The position numbers were made by a program, and so were the translations under genes. Below the pieces are notes generated by a model. The model did no database searches, was not told where the DNA came from, and worked only from the letters and a program-made list of their open reading frames with translations. A DNA stretch of 64,000 nucleotides from Thermodesulfobacteriota bacterium (GTDB lineage Bacteria; Desulfobacterota_D; UBA1144; Nemesobacterales; UBA2774), in the NCBI GenBank assembly GCA_965216785.1, contig OZ244197.1:2528001-2592000 (forward strand), given 5' to 3'. Shown one piece after another: positions 50,494-59,548 of this stretch (position 1 is its first letter; every line of letters begins with the position of its first letter).

Positions 50494-51235
50494 AGCCGTA
50501 TTAGAGAGACTTAACACGGCAGCAAGAGACTCGGGCTTCAATATCACCAGAACCACAAGCATACATTCATACGACCGCATTGTGTCCGAGCGAAAAAGCG
50601 CCTCTAGCCTTCTTCCTGGCGCCAAATCAATCACCCTCATTGGTTTTGGGGGAAACGGTTTTTGGAAAACTTTCAGTAATTACCTTAAAGCTAATCCCGA
50701 CTTTAAAGATAGAGGCGAGGACCTGATAGACAATTACTCGCGCGTAATATTTAAAGAGTTTTCAGGCATCCTGGATGAATCAGGGATAGAACACAAAGCG
50801 GTATTTCCATTCGGCAGAGAAGCCGCCGCGCTTGATTTTGTTAAATTAGGAGAGGTATCAGGAGCGGGAGTGCCGAGTCTACTGGGCATATTGCTGCACC
50901 CGCGATACGGCCCATGGATATCGCTCAGAGGAGCCTTGCTCACTGAGCTTGAGCCCAGTCGCTACGACAGCCCTTTAGAGGGTTTTGACCCCTGCCCTTC
51001 CTGCCATAAACCCTGCGTAAGCGCTTGTCCTGCCGACACCATATCCGAGCAAGGATGGGACTGGGAATCCTGCATGAGGTTCAGGCTGGCCGATGATACG
51101 TGCTCGCTGAGCTGCGCCTCAAGAAAGGCCTGCCCATATGGCGCGGACCAGCAGTATTCCGCAGAGCAAATGGCATATCACCACAGCTTTGTATTAAGGA
51201 GTGTTAGGAAATATTTCGAAGAAAATATGCAGTGA
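50483..51235 (+). CDS. QueG-like 4Fe-4S protein (function uncertain)
   Basis: LLHPRYGPWISLRGALLT, CPSCHKPCVSACP, C...C...C.SRKACP. Confidence 0.65.
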   Translation: MKPEAVLERLNTAARDSGFNITRTTSIHSYDRIVSERKSASSLLPGAKSITLIGFGGNGFWKTFSNYLKANPDFKDRGEDLIDNYSRVIFKEFSGILDESGIEHKAVFPFGREAAALDFVKLGEVSGAGVPSLLGILLHPRYGPWISLRGALLTELEPSRYDSPLEGFDPCPSCHKPCVSACPADTISEQGWDWESCMRFRLADDTCSLSCASRKACPYGADQQYSAEQMAYHHSFVLRSVRKYFEENMQ

Positions 51236-51311
51236 CCCCACTAGCCTATTGACTTCCAAAAACTAAAGATATAATAATGGTTATATCAAAACCGAAGAGG
51301 GGAGAATAAAT

Positions 51312-51950
51312 ATGAAATCATTAAAAAGATTAGTATCGGTATTCATTTTAGGTCTGTTCTTATTTACGGGATCTTTATTTTTAGGCGATACGACGCTTGC
51401 GCAGCGATACCCGCCTGGAAACTATAGAGACACTTGTACGGACCTTATAAAAATAGGACATATGCTTGAGGCTAAATGCCAAAAAAGAGACGGAACCTGG
51501 CAGAACACAGTTCTATATTTCGGGTCTTGTGACGGTCCGATCCACAATGACAACGGAAACCTCACCTGCAATCAGTCAGGCGGTGGTGGGAACTGGGCCC
51601 CTTCTGGGAGCTACCAGCAGACATGCCGGGATATTAATGTCCGTGACGGTGAGCTATGGGCCAGGTGCCAAATGCGAGACGGTGAGTGGCGTGAGTCTTC
51701 TCTGTATTACAGGGATTGTTACCAGGATATTAGCAACCAGAACGGGAGACTCACTTGCGGGAGGCGTCACCACCACAATATGCTGCCTAGAGGAAGCTAT
51801 AAACAGACGTGCCGTGACCTTAGCATGAACGGTGATATACTTAGCGCCGAGTGTCAAAGACGCGACGGAAGCTGGCGCTGGACTTCGCTTGATGTTGGTG
51901 ATTGTTACGGTAATGTACAGAACCGTAATGGTAGACTAGAGTGCCGATAA
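51312..51950 (+). CDS. Secreted cyanovirin-N-homology (CVNH-like) lectin with three repeats
   Basis: Signal peptide and three repeats of about 55 aa, PxGxYxxTCxD...LxAxCQxRDGxW...L...C...NxNGxLxC. Confidence 0.8.
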   Translation: MKSLKRLVSVFILGLFLFTGSLFLGDTTLAQRYPPGNYRDTCTDLIKIGHMLEAKCQKRDGTWQNTVLYFGSCDGPIHNDNGNLTCNQSGGGGNWAPSGSYQQTCRDINVRDGELWARCQMRDGEWRESSLYYRDCYQDISNQNGRLTCGRRHHHNMLPRGSYKQTCRDLSMNGDILSAECQRRDGSWRWTSLDVGDCYGNVQNRNGRLECR

Positions 51951-52085
51951 TCTAGCTTTTATATATAAAAAAGAGATATACATTATAAGTATATTCCAAT
52001 ATGCAATAGCGGAACTAAATATAAGCTCCGGACAGGTTTTTATACCTGAGACACAGGTCCCGGACTCAGTACTCAGATAAATTTT

Positions 52086-53447
52086 ATGGAACAGATAGCT
52101 AATAACACCGAACTGTCCAGAAAACCCCTCGTCGCCATAGTCGGCAGACCGAACGTAGGCAAATCGACCCTGTTCAACAGGCTCGTCGGCGAGCGCCGCT
52201 CAATAGTCGAGGACGTACCGGGGGTAACCAGAGACCGTATCTATGCCGACACACAATGGGACGGCAGAGAATTCAGCCTTGTTGACACAGGGGGGTTTGA
52301 TCCAGAAGGAGACGAAGAGGAATACCCTTCCCTCATAAAAGAACAGATACAAATCGCTATTGAAGAGGCGGATCTCATTGTCTTTGTTTTGGACGGTAAA
52401 GACGGGGTTATGCCGCACGATGAAGATGTTATAGACCTCTTAAGACGCGTAACTAAACCTGTGATATTCACTGTAAATAAGATCGACGACAAAAAGCACG
52501 AGCAGGCAGCGTTTGACTTCCACTCTCTTGGAATTGACGAACTCATACCGATCTCGGCCCAACAAGGCAGAAACATTAACGAGCTCCTTGATAAAATAGT
52601 GGCCGGGCTTCCCGAGCAGGATGGATTGTATGAGGAAGAGGAAGAAGGGGTAGTCAAAATCGCGGTGCTCGGAAAGCCAAACGCCGGCAAATCCACGCTC
52701 ATTAACCGCCTTCTCGGTGAAGACAGGTTAATAACGAGCCCCGTGCCTGGCACTACCAGGGACACCATAGACTCATACATAGAAAAGGACGGGAATAAAT
52801 ATCTATTCATAGATACAGCGGGGATAAGAAGGAAATCAAAGATCAGCTTCTCCGTCGAAAAGCACAGTGTGTTTAGAGCCGTAAGAGCAATGGAAAGGGC
52901 AGACTTAGCGCTGCTCATGATTGACGGTGGAGAGGGCCCGACCCATCAGGACGCAAGACTCGCAAGACTCATTTCAGACAAAGGAAGGGGCTGCATAGTA
53001 CTGCTCAACAAGTGGGACCTGGTTCCGAGCGAGGTATCACAAACCCCGGACATTGAAGGGATTTTGAAAGATAATCTCATTGCGGTCGACTACGCGCCCG
53101 TACTTATTATTTCAGCGCTTACAGGTAGAGGCACAGAAAAGATTTTTAAAGCGATTGACAGCGTATACAAAAACTTCTCACAGCGCATCCCGACAAAAAA
53201 GCTAAACAACTTCATACGGAATATTGTAGAGAATACTCCTCCCCCCATACATAAAGGAAAAGAAATAAAGTTCTACTACATATCACAGCCCATGACCAAG
53301 CAGCCTACTTTCGTAATATTCACAAATGAGATAAAAGGGGTGCCGGAAAACTATAAGAGGTTTTTGCAAAACAGGCTCCGCCATGAATTTGAATTGGAAG
53401 GAACGCCTATAAAAATAATATTCCGCTCAGAGAGAAAAAAAGACTAG
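52086..53447 (+). CDS. der: Ribosome biogenesis GTPase Der
   Basis: Two G domains (GRPNVGKS, GKPNAGKS; DTGG, DTAG; NKID, NKWD) and a KH-like C-terminus. Confidence 0.97.
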   Translation: MEQIANNTELSRKPLVAIVGRPNVGKSTLFNRLVGERRSIVEDVPGVTRDRIYADTQWDGREFSLVDTGGFDPEGDEEEYPSLIKEQIQIAIEEADLIVFVLDGKDGVMPHDEDVIDLLRRVTKPVIFTVNKIDDKKHEQAAFDFHSLGIDELIPISAQQGRNINELLDKIVAGLPEQDGLYEEEEEGVVKIAVLGKPNAGKSTLINRLLGEDRLITSPVPGTTRDTIDSYIEKDGNKYLFIDTAGIRRKSKISFSVEKHSVFRAVRAMERADLALLMIDGGEGPTHQDARLARLISDKGRGCIVLLNKWDLVPSEVSQTPDIEGILKDNLIAVDYAPVLIISALTGRGTEKIFKAIDSVYKNFSQRIPTKKLNNFIRNIVENTPPPIHKGKEIKFYYISQPMTKQPTFVIFTNEIKGVPENYKRFLQNRLRHEFELEGTPIKIIFRSERKKD

Positions 53448-53474
53448 CTTACGCCGGGAGCCTAACACTAAGTA

Positions 53475-54767
53475 TTATGAACCGAGGACCTCGAGTATCT
53501 CGCTCTGTATCTCACCGGCAATATGCTCTGCCGTAAACTCAGCTTTCACTCTGTCCCGCCCCGCTTTACCCATTTTCCGAAGGAGCTTCTTATCACTTGC
53601 GAGTTTTAATATGGCCCCGCCCATCCCCTCGGTATCCCCAGGCTCGTTCAAAATCCCACTCACTCCGTCCTCAACCGCTTCCACAATACCGCCAGCCTTA
53701 AAGGCTATCACCGGAAGCGCAAACGACATTGCCTCTATTACAGAGCGCGGGAAAGGGTCTGGGTAGTTTGAGGGTATAACGAATATATCAAAGTCCTTGA
53801 GCGAGGTTTTCACATCGGGCCTGTAGCCTGTGAATATAAAATAGTCTTCAAGCCCATACTTTCGCACAAGCTCCTTTATATCCGCGAGGTGGTTGTCCTG
53901 GAAAAAATAAGGCGTGTCTCCCACAATGACGAATTTTATGTTTTTGTTCTTTTTCGGGGCTTTCTCAAGGTATGAGCGCGCGGCCTCTACAAAGAGCGGA
54001 TACCCCTTTCTTGGAACAATTCTCCCGGTACTCCCGACTACCGTGGTGCGCGCTGGGATAGCGAATTCAGATCGAAGGTCTCCGAGAGTAGCGGACGGGT
54101 CGTACTCATTTTCGTCTATTCCGTTATGTATAACTACAAGCTTCTCTTTTGCGCTTGGGAACTGATCCGCGGTCGGCCCGGAAACACATATTATCTTCTT
54201 TACCTGCGGCAGTTTTGCCAGTGTGTAAACAATTGATCCCAGCACTTTTGTCTGCTGTATATTCCTCACATGCCAAATCACAGGGCGCCCGCTCACAAGA
54301 CCCATCAGCGCCCCTGCGATCTTGGCCTGAGTGCCGTTACAGTATATTAGGTCTATTCCGTATTTTCTCATTGAATATGGGGAGGTTAGGACTAAAGAAG
54401 TAAGATCGAATATATTTAACAGTATCGATATAAATTTCATAAACAGCGCCGTTATGCCCTGTCCGGCTATCGCTCCCCTCTCCTCTAATTTATCCTCCCC
54501 CGGCATCGCTGCGGAACGCTCGCCTCTGTCCCCAGTTGAAAAAATCCGAGGTCTTTTTAAGTTCTCAGGAAACCTCTTATCAATAATGACGTTTTCATAT
54601 ATCCCTTCAGTTTTAAGCCTCTCTGAAAATACATCGTCCTTGGGCACCATCACGTATGGATTGACTTTTTCTCTGTCCAAATATTTAAGTAAGTAGAATA
54701 AGCTCTTTCCAGGTCCACCGTCTCTTACAGAGTGGTTTATGAATAGCACTTTAGGCAATAGTTTCAT
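53475..54767 (-). CDS. GT4-family glycosyltransferase
   Basis: GRIVPRKG, FTGYRPDV, PS..PDPFPRSVIEAM, GGIVEAV. Confidence 0.9.
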   Translation of the reverse strand: MKLLPKVLFINHSVRDGGPGKSLFYLLKYLDREKVNPYVMVPKDDVFSERLKTEGIYENVIIDKRFPENLKRPRIFSTGDRGERSAAMPGEDKLEERGAIAGQGITALFMKFISILLNIFDLTSLVLTSPYSMRKYGIDLIYCNGTQAKIAGALMGLVSGRPVIWHVRNIQQTKVLGSIVYTLAKLPQVKKIICVSGPTADQFPSAKEKLVVIHNGIDENEYDPSATLGDLRSEFAIPARTTVVGSTGRIVPRKGYPLFVEAARSYLEKAPKKNKNIKFVIVGDTPYFFQDNHLADIKELVRKYGLEDYFIFTGYRPDVKTSLKDFDIFVIPSNYPDPFPRSVIEAMSFALPVIAFKAGGIVEAVEDGVSGILNEPGDTEGMGGAILKLASDKKLLRKMGKAGRDRVKAEFTAEHIAGEIQSEILEVLGS

Positions 54768-54909
54768 TTATTACGCTCTCGGGGAGTTTTGAAAATGGAA
54801 TCCTACCATGCTTATAACGACAAAGCCAATCCCCTAAATTATAATGAAAAACGAATAACTAAGGGTATAATATATTTTTAAAGTCAAAGAGGTTCTTCCA
54901 GGAGAAAAT

Positions 54910-55593
54910 ATGAGAAGAGTAAATAAGCCCGGGTACGGAACAGCTCTAATCCTTTTATTCCTATTTTCCTTTTTAACAATAGGCGGCTGCGACGTGGATT
55001 TTGGCGGCGGGGGTGACGACAACGGCGGTGGGGGCGGAGGTGGCAGCAGTGACCCCGAGATAGTCGAGGGAACAATAGTCGATATAATTCCTGATGAAGA
55101 TGTTCAAGGGATTATGGTAGTTATAACAAATGAAGATAATGTCGAATTCACAGATACCACAAATTCTGCCGGGTTTTTCAGCGTTAGCAGTTTATCACGC
55201 ACATTTGCAGGCACACCGACTCTAGAATTCCTAGACAGCAATTCTAATCAGCTGGGTATTACAAATTTAACGGTATTTCCGACCGCTAGAGTCGAGCTCG
55301 GCAATATAACCTTGGAAAACGGAACCATCTCATTTGCAGACCCCACCGAGGTGACATTCGAAGGGGACGTAATTACCAACAACTGTGTAACCAACTCAGG
55401 CTCGATAGAGGTGGAAGCAAAAAGGGAAGGTGTAACGACTGACGTAATTGTCCAGGTATCGACTTCAACAGACGTGCTCAGAGACAACGATGAGATACTC
55501 TGTGAAGATATACTAATCGGCCAGAGTGTTCAAGTAAGGGGTGAATTATTAATCGGGGACTCTGTAGACGCCGATTTTATAGATCTTCTGTAA
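54910..55593 (+). CDS. Predicted acidic lipoprotein with a Gly-rich linker
   Basis: Lipobox IGGC followed by GGGGDDNGGGGGGG; beta-rich acidic domains; the C-terminus is DUF5666-like (inference). Confidence 0.7.
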   Translation: MRRVNKPGYGTALILLFLFSFLTIGGCDVDFGGGGDDNGGGGGGGSSDPEIVEGTIVDIIPDEDVQGIMVVITNEDNVEFTDTTNSAGFFSVSSLSRTFAGTPTLEFLDSNSNQLGITNLTVFPTARVELGNITLENGTISFADPTEVTFEGDVITNNCVTNSGSIEVEAKREGVTTDVIVQVSTSTDVLRDNDEILCEDILIGQSVQVRGELLIGDSVDADFIDLL

Positions 55594-55685
55594 AAATACA
55601 AGTAAGCCCATTTAACAAAAGACTTTTTGGCCGGATTACAAGCTATAAGTGGTTTAGAAATGTAAGTATAGGGGATGAAGCCTGC

Positions 55686-56285
55686 TTACTTATCGTCGTC
55701 CAAGGAATTAACCTTTTCTTCAAGCTCTTTAATTTTCTCCATAAGAAGCTCGACGTCTTTAGGAGACTCGGCAGACTCTTTCGCCCGTTTGCTTGAAGCT
55801 TCGAACATCTCTTTTAAATGCTTACCCATTTCGCTCTCTGACATGTTTTCTGAAGGCGATCCCTTACTATCGAAGTTCGGGGCCATTCCGGCTCCGGGCG
55901 GAAACCAGCCCATTTCGTGCCACATCCGCATATTCTTTTTAAAGTTGTCCTGAACTGAAAGGTATGGCTGGAACATCATCAAAAAATAATTTTCGAAAAA
56001 ATCTTTAGCAACTTTGTTGCCGTATTTTATTAGCATATGCAAAAAAGATACTGGGAGAATGTCTTCTTTGTTTTTTTCACTCTCGAGAATTACCTGTATC
56101 AGAATAACTTTGGAAATATCCGCGCCGCTCTGAGAATCAATTACCTTAACTTCGCTCCCGTTACGTATAAGCTCGGATATATCCTCTAAGGTAACATATC
56201 GTTTATTGGTGGAATCATAGAGCCTTCGGTTGCTGTACTTTTTAATTATTACCTGTCCCGAGCTCTCTTTTTCTTGCTTAGCCAT
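55686..56285 (-). CDS. phaR: Polyhydroxyalkanoate synthesis regulator PhaR-like protein
   Basis: IIKKYSNRRLYDS...YVTLEDI...V.VID..SG.DI....L.Q.ILE.E, LP..FL..LI. Confidence 0.85.
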   Translation of the reverse strand: MAKQEKESSGQVIIKKYSNRRLYDSTNKRYVTLEDISELIRNGSEVKVIDSQSGADISKVILIQVILESEKNKEDILPVSFLHMLIKYGNKVAKDFFENYFLMMFQPYLSVQDNFKKNMRMWHEMGWFPPGAGMAPNFDSKGSPSENMSESEMGKHLKEMFEASSKRAKESAESPKDVELLMEKIKELEEKVNSLDDDK

Positions 56286-56414
56286 AGCTATAATTATTCA
56301 AAGAAACGAGGTGGAGTCAAGAAAATGTTGGCTGGGAACTTGACAACTTACGTGAAAAAAAGGAATATTTAACAGGTTATAGTCATTATAATATTGTTTG
56401 AATAGGAGCGTTTC

Positions 56415-57371
56415 ATGTCCTCTAAGCCCTATAAAATTTGGTTCAACGGTCAGTTCGTATCCTGGGATGAAGCCCAGGTACACGTACTAACTCACACGCT
56501 GCATTATGGTCTTGCGGCATTTGAGGGTATAAGGGCTTATAAGTGCGACGACTCCAGATCCGCGGTATTCAGACTGCAGGACCACATTGACCGTTTGTAC
56601 GCATCTGCCCACATTGCGGAGATCGAAATTCCCTTTACAAAAGAAGAAGCTCTTCAGGCAACGCTCGAGCTGCTTCAGATAAACGAGCTTGTAGAGGCGT
56701 ACATCAGACCCATAGCGTATATTGGAGGAGGCAAGATCGGTCTCCACCCCGGTGACAACCCGATAGACCTTGTAATAGCAGCATACCCCTGGGGTACATA
56801 CCTGGGTGAAGGAGCGCTCTCAAAGGGTATAACGGCCAAGATTTCCTCTTTTACCAGAATGGGTGTTAACTCATTCATGACCAAAGCTAAAATAACGGGG
56901 AACTATGCAAACTCGGTTAAAGCAAAGCTCGAAGCAACGTCAATGGGGTTTGATGAGGCTATCCTTCTTGATAACGAAGGTTATGTCGCCGAGGGTACGG
57001 GGGAAAATATATTTATTGTCAGAAGAGGTGTTCTGAAGACTCCTCCCCTTACATCTGTTCTTGAGGGCATTACCAGAGACTCCGTTCTAAAGATAGCCAA
57101 AGACGAAGATATTGAAGTAGAGACAGAAAGGTTCACCCGAGATGAGCTCTATATAGCGGATGAAGCCTTTTTTACCGGCACCGCGGCCGAGATAACTCCC
57201 ATCAGAGAAGTAGACGGGCGACTTATCGGCACAGGGCAACCGGGCCCTGTTACAAAGAAGCTTCAGTCAAGGTTCTTCAATATAGTAGAAGGAAGGGACG
57301 CCAAGTTCCTTGACTGGCTTGAGTTCTTCGACACCGCTTCCCCGCTTAAAGTCAAGAATGAGTCTTTATAA
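56415..57371 (+). CDS. ilvE: Branched-chain amino acid aminotransferase
   Basis: HTLHYG...FEGIRAY, YIRP, AKITGNY, EGTGENIF, LEGITR, GTAAEITP. Confidence 0.95.
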   Translation: MSSKPYKIWFNGQFVSWDEAQVHVLTHTLHYGLAAFEGIRAYKCDDSRSAVFRLQDHIDRLYASAHIAEIEIPFTKEEALQATLELLQINELVEAYIRPIAYIGGGKIGLHPGDNPIDLVIAAYPWGTYLGEGALSKGITAKISSFTRMGVNSFMTKAKITGNYANSVKAKLEATSMGFDEAILLDNEGYVAEGTGENIFIVRRGVLKTPPLTSVLEGITRDSVLKIAKDEDIEVETERFTRDELYIADEAFFTGTAAEITPIREVDGRLIGTGQPGPVTKKLQSRFFNIVEGRDAKFLDWLEFFDTASPLKVKNESL

Positions 57372-57380
57372 AGGACCCCC

Positions 57381-57833
57381 TTGAGTCTATATAAAGGGCA
57401 CTTAGCCGGCGGATCGTTCGCATTCCTTATTTACTTAGTTGTTCTTATTGTATTTTTCGCCTACAAACCCTCGTTTGAAGTACTTACGTGGTTCGGTCTA
57501 TGCATACTGGGCTCCATCTGGCCCGATGTAGATACGAACAGCATGGGCCAAAAGTTATTTTACGGGTTCTTTATAGTGCTCGACTTGGTATTTTTACTCT
57601 CGGGCCGATACAAAGAGGCCGCGGTACTTGGATTTTTCGCGCTCCTTCCGGTTGTGGCAAAGCACAGGGGATGGACACATTCTTTGTCGGCGGCATTCTT
57701 AATCCCCTCCCCTCTTTTAGTGCTACCTCTGATCAAGCCCGGTTTATCATTAGGAGGGCTTGAATACTACACCCCTGTAGTTGTTGGGTACTTGAGCCAC
57801 CTGATATTGGATAGGGAATTTAAACTTATTTAA
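57381..57833 (+). CDS. YdjM-like membrane metal-dependent hydrolase
   Basis: GH, PDVD, HRGWTHS, GYLSHLILD; several TM segments. Confidence 0.8.
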   Translation: MSLYKGHLAGGSFAFLIYLVVLIVFFAYKPSFEVLTWFGLCILGSIWPDVDTNSMGQKLFYGFFIVLDLVFLLSGRYKEAAVLGFFALLPVVAKHRGWTHSLSAAFLIPSPLLVLPLIKPGLSLGGLEYYTPVVVGYLSHLILDREFKLI

Positions 57834-57836
57834 CGT

Positions 57837-59489
57837 TTATTTGATATCAATATCATAGGGCATAATGGTAAGTACTCTCTCTTTTGTAAGAGAGCTTAGG
57901 CTTTCAAAGAAAAGATCGAACATATAGGAAATCGATTTAGCGCGCATCAAGTCAGATATCCTGAAACCGCGCTTTTCAGATATGAATTTAACTTCCGCCC
58001 GGGATGAGTCGGAAATCCCCGACATGCTTACCGCGAGCTCAAATGCGTCCGTAATGCCCCCCAGCTCATCTACGAGCCCAAGCTCCTTAGCCTGATTGCC
58101 CGTCCACACTCTTCCGCCCGCGGCCTTCTCAGCTGAAGACATGCCCATACCCCTTTCTTGAGACACAGTCCCTACAAATTTCCCATAATACGACTTCATG
58201 ATCTCAAGCAGCTTTTCGTCCTCATCTTTTGAAAACCCCTTACTAAGAGAAAATATTAATGCCCGCTTAGCTTTTGATATCGAATCCACTCCGATTCCTA
58301 CTTTCTCGTAAAACCCGCTCAGATCGAATTTACCCGAGACAATACCGATCGACCCGGTAAGCGACATGGGATCAGCCACAACTCTGTCGGCGCCGAGCGC
58401 CAACATATAACCTCCCGAGGCTGCTACGTCGGACATTGAAAGAATTACCGGTTTTTTTTCGGATATCATCTTGAGCCTTTCCCTAAGAACATCGGACGCT
58501 ACCCCTGAACCCCCTGGCGAAAGCACCCTCAGAACAAGGGCTCTAATACTATTGTCATGCTCCACTCGTTTGAGCATATCCACGACAGAGCCCGAGCCTA
58601 TTGTTCTAGCCATTCCGCTTGTTCTGCTGCGGCCACTAGTTATTATTCCGTTTACAGATACGACCGCTACAACATTTTGTTTACGAATGAGCCGCTTGGT
58701 AATAGACTTCAGAGAATTACGTAAATTCATAAAGCTGATCAGATTCGACGCGTTTAAGGCTTTTACCTTAAAACCGCAGTCCTGCTCTATTAAATCCGGA
58801 ATCTCCGCGTCATATGCTACCCCGTTCACAAGAGCGCTCTCATACGCTCCCTCAGCGGTATAAGGCCCTTGGTTGATAAGTCTTCTAACCTCCTTAGCAC
58901 CAAGCCGCCTGCTTTCGGAAATAGACCGCTCCAGCTGCTCTTCGAGGTCCGTCATTAGAGAATCCATCATCTCTCTATGAGGCTCTGACATGGAGTCTCT
59001 GGTAAATTTCTCCGCAGCGCTCTTATACACCCCAAGACCCTTCATATGCGCTTTCACTCCAAGCTTCGATAGCGCCTGGGCGTAGAACGTTACCTCGGCT
59101 TTTAAACCAACCAGATTCAGCATCCCCCAGGGTGGCATATATATATAGTCAGCTGAAGAGGCGATTAGGTACTCGACGTTCCCTCCGCTCTCCAGATAGA
59201 CGACTACGCGCTTACCCCCTTCCCTGAGAGCCAGAAGTCTTTTTCTAATCCCGTTTGCCCGTCCAAGCCCTATGCCAAGATTGGAAAGCTTTACTAATAC
59301 CCCCGATATGCCCGGATGGCTTTGAGCGTAAGACAGCACCCTCTCAATTTCCCACTGGGTTAACTTTCTTCTTCCTCCGGTAAACGGGATGAATGATTTT
59401 TCAATCTCCTCAGGTATCTCTCCCGTAAGCTCCATCTGCACAAAGTTATAGTGAAGCAAAAAAACGGGGTTTTTATTTGAATTACTCAT
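57837..59489 (-). CDS. sppA: Signal peptide peptidase SppA (67K tandem type)
   Basis: YKSAAE, SPGGS, VAASGGY, TGSIG, GRVWTG..A..LGLVDELG. Confidence 0.88.
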   Translation of the reverse strand: MSNSNKNPVFLLHYNFVQMELTGEIPEEIEKSFIPFTGGRRKLTQWEIERVLSYAQSHPGISGVLVKLSNLGIGLGRANGIRKRLLALREGGKRVVVYLESGGNVEYLIASSADYIYMPPWGMLNLVGLKAEVTFYAQALSKLGVKAHMKGLGVYKSAAEKFTRDSMSEPHREMMDSLMTDLEEQLERSISESRRLGAKEVRRLINQGPYTAEGAYESALVNGVAYDAEIPDLIEQDCGFKVKALNASNLISFMNLRNSLKSITKRLIRKQNVVAVVSVNGIITSGRSRTSGMARTIGSGSVVDMLKRVEHDNSIRALVLRVLSPGGSGVASDVLRERLKMISEKKPVILSMSDVAASGGYMLALGADRVVADPMSLTGSIGIVSGKFDLSGFYEKVGIGVDSISKAKRALIFSLSKGFSKDEDEKLLEIMKSYYGKFVGTVSQERGMGMSSAEKAAGGRVWTGNQAKELGLVDELGGITDAFELAVSMSGISDSSRAEVKFISEKRGFRISDLMRAKSISYMFDLFFESLSSLTKERVLTIMPYDIDIK

Positions 59490-59503
59490 AGTGCCGGTTC
59501 CTC

Positions 59504-59527
59504 AGGCAGGCAACCTGCCTTTTTTTT
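59504..59527 (+). terminator. Intrinsic-terminator-like hairpin on the + strand
   Basis: aggcagg-caa-cctgcct followed by a T run. Confidence 0.55.
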
Positions 59528-59548
59528 CGCTAAAAGAATACCTAACCT

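Noticed and set aside
55003-55045. G-rich tract as a G-quadruplex or contingency locus
   Set aside because: It is explained by poly-Gly codons in the lipoprotein linker, with mixed codons and no long homopolymer.
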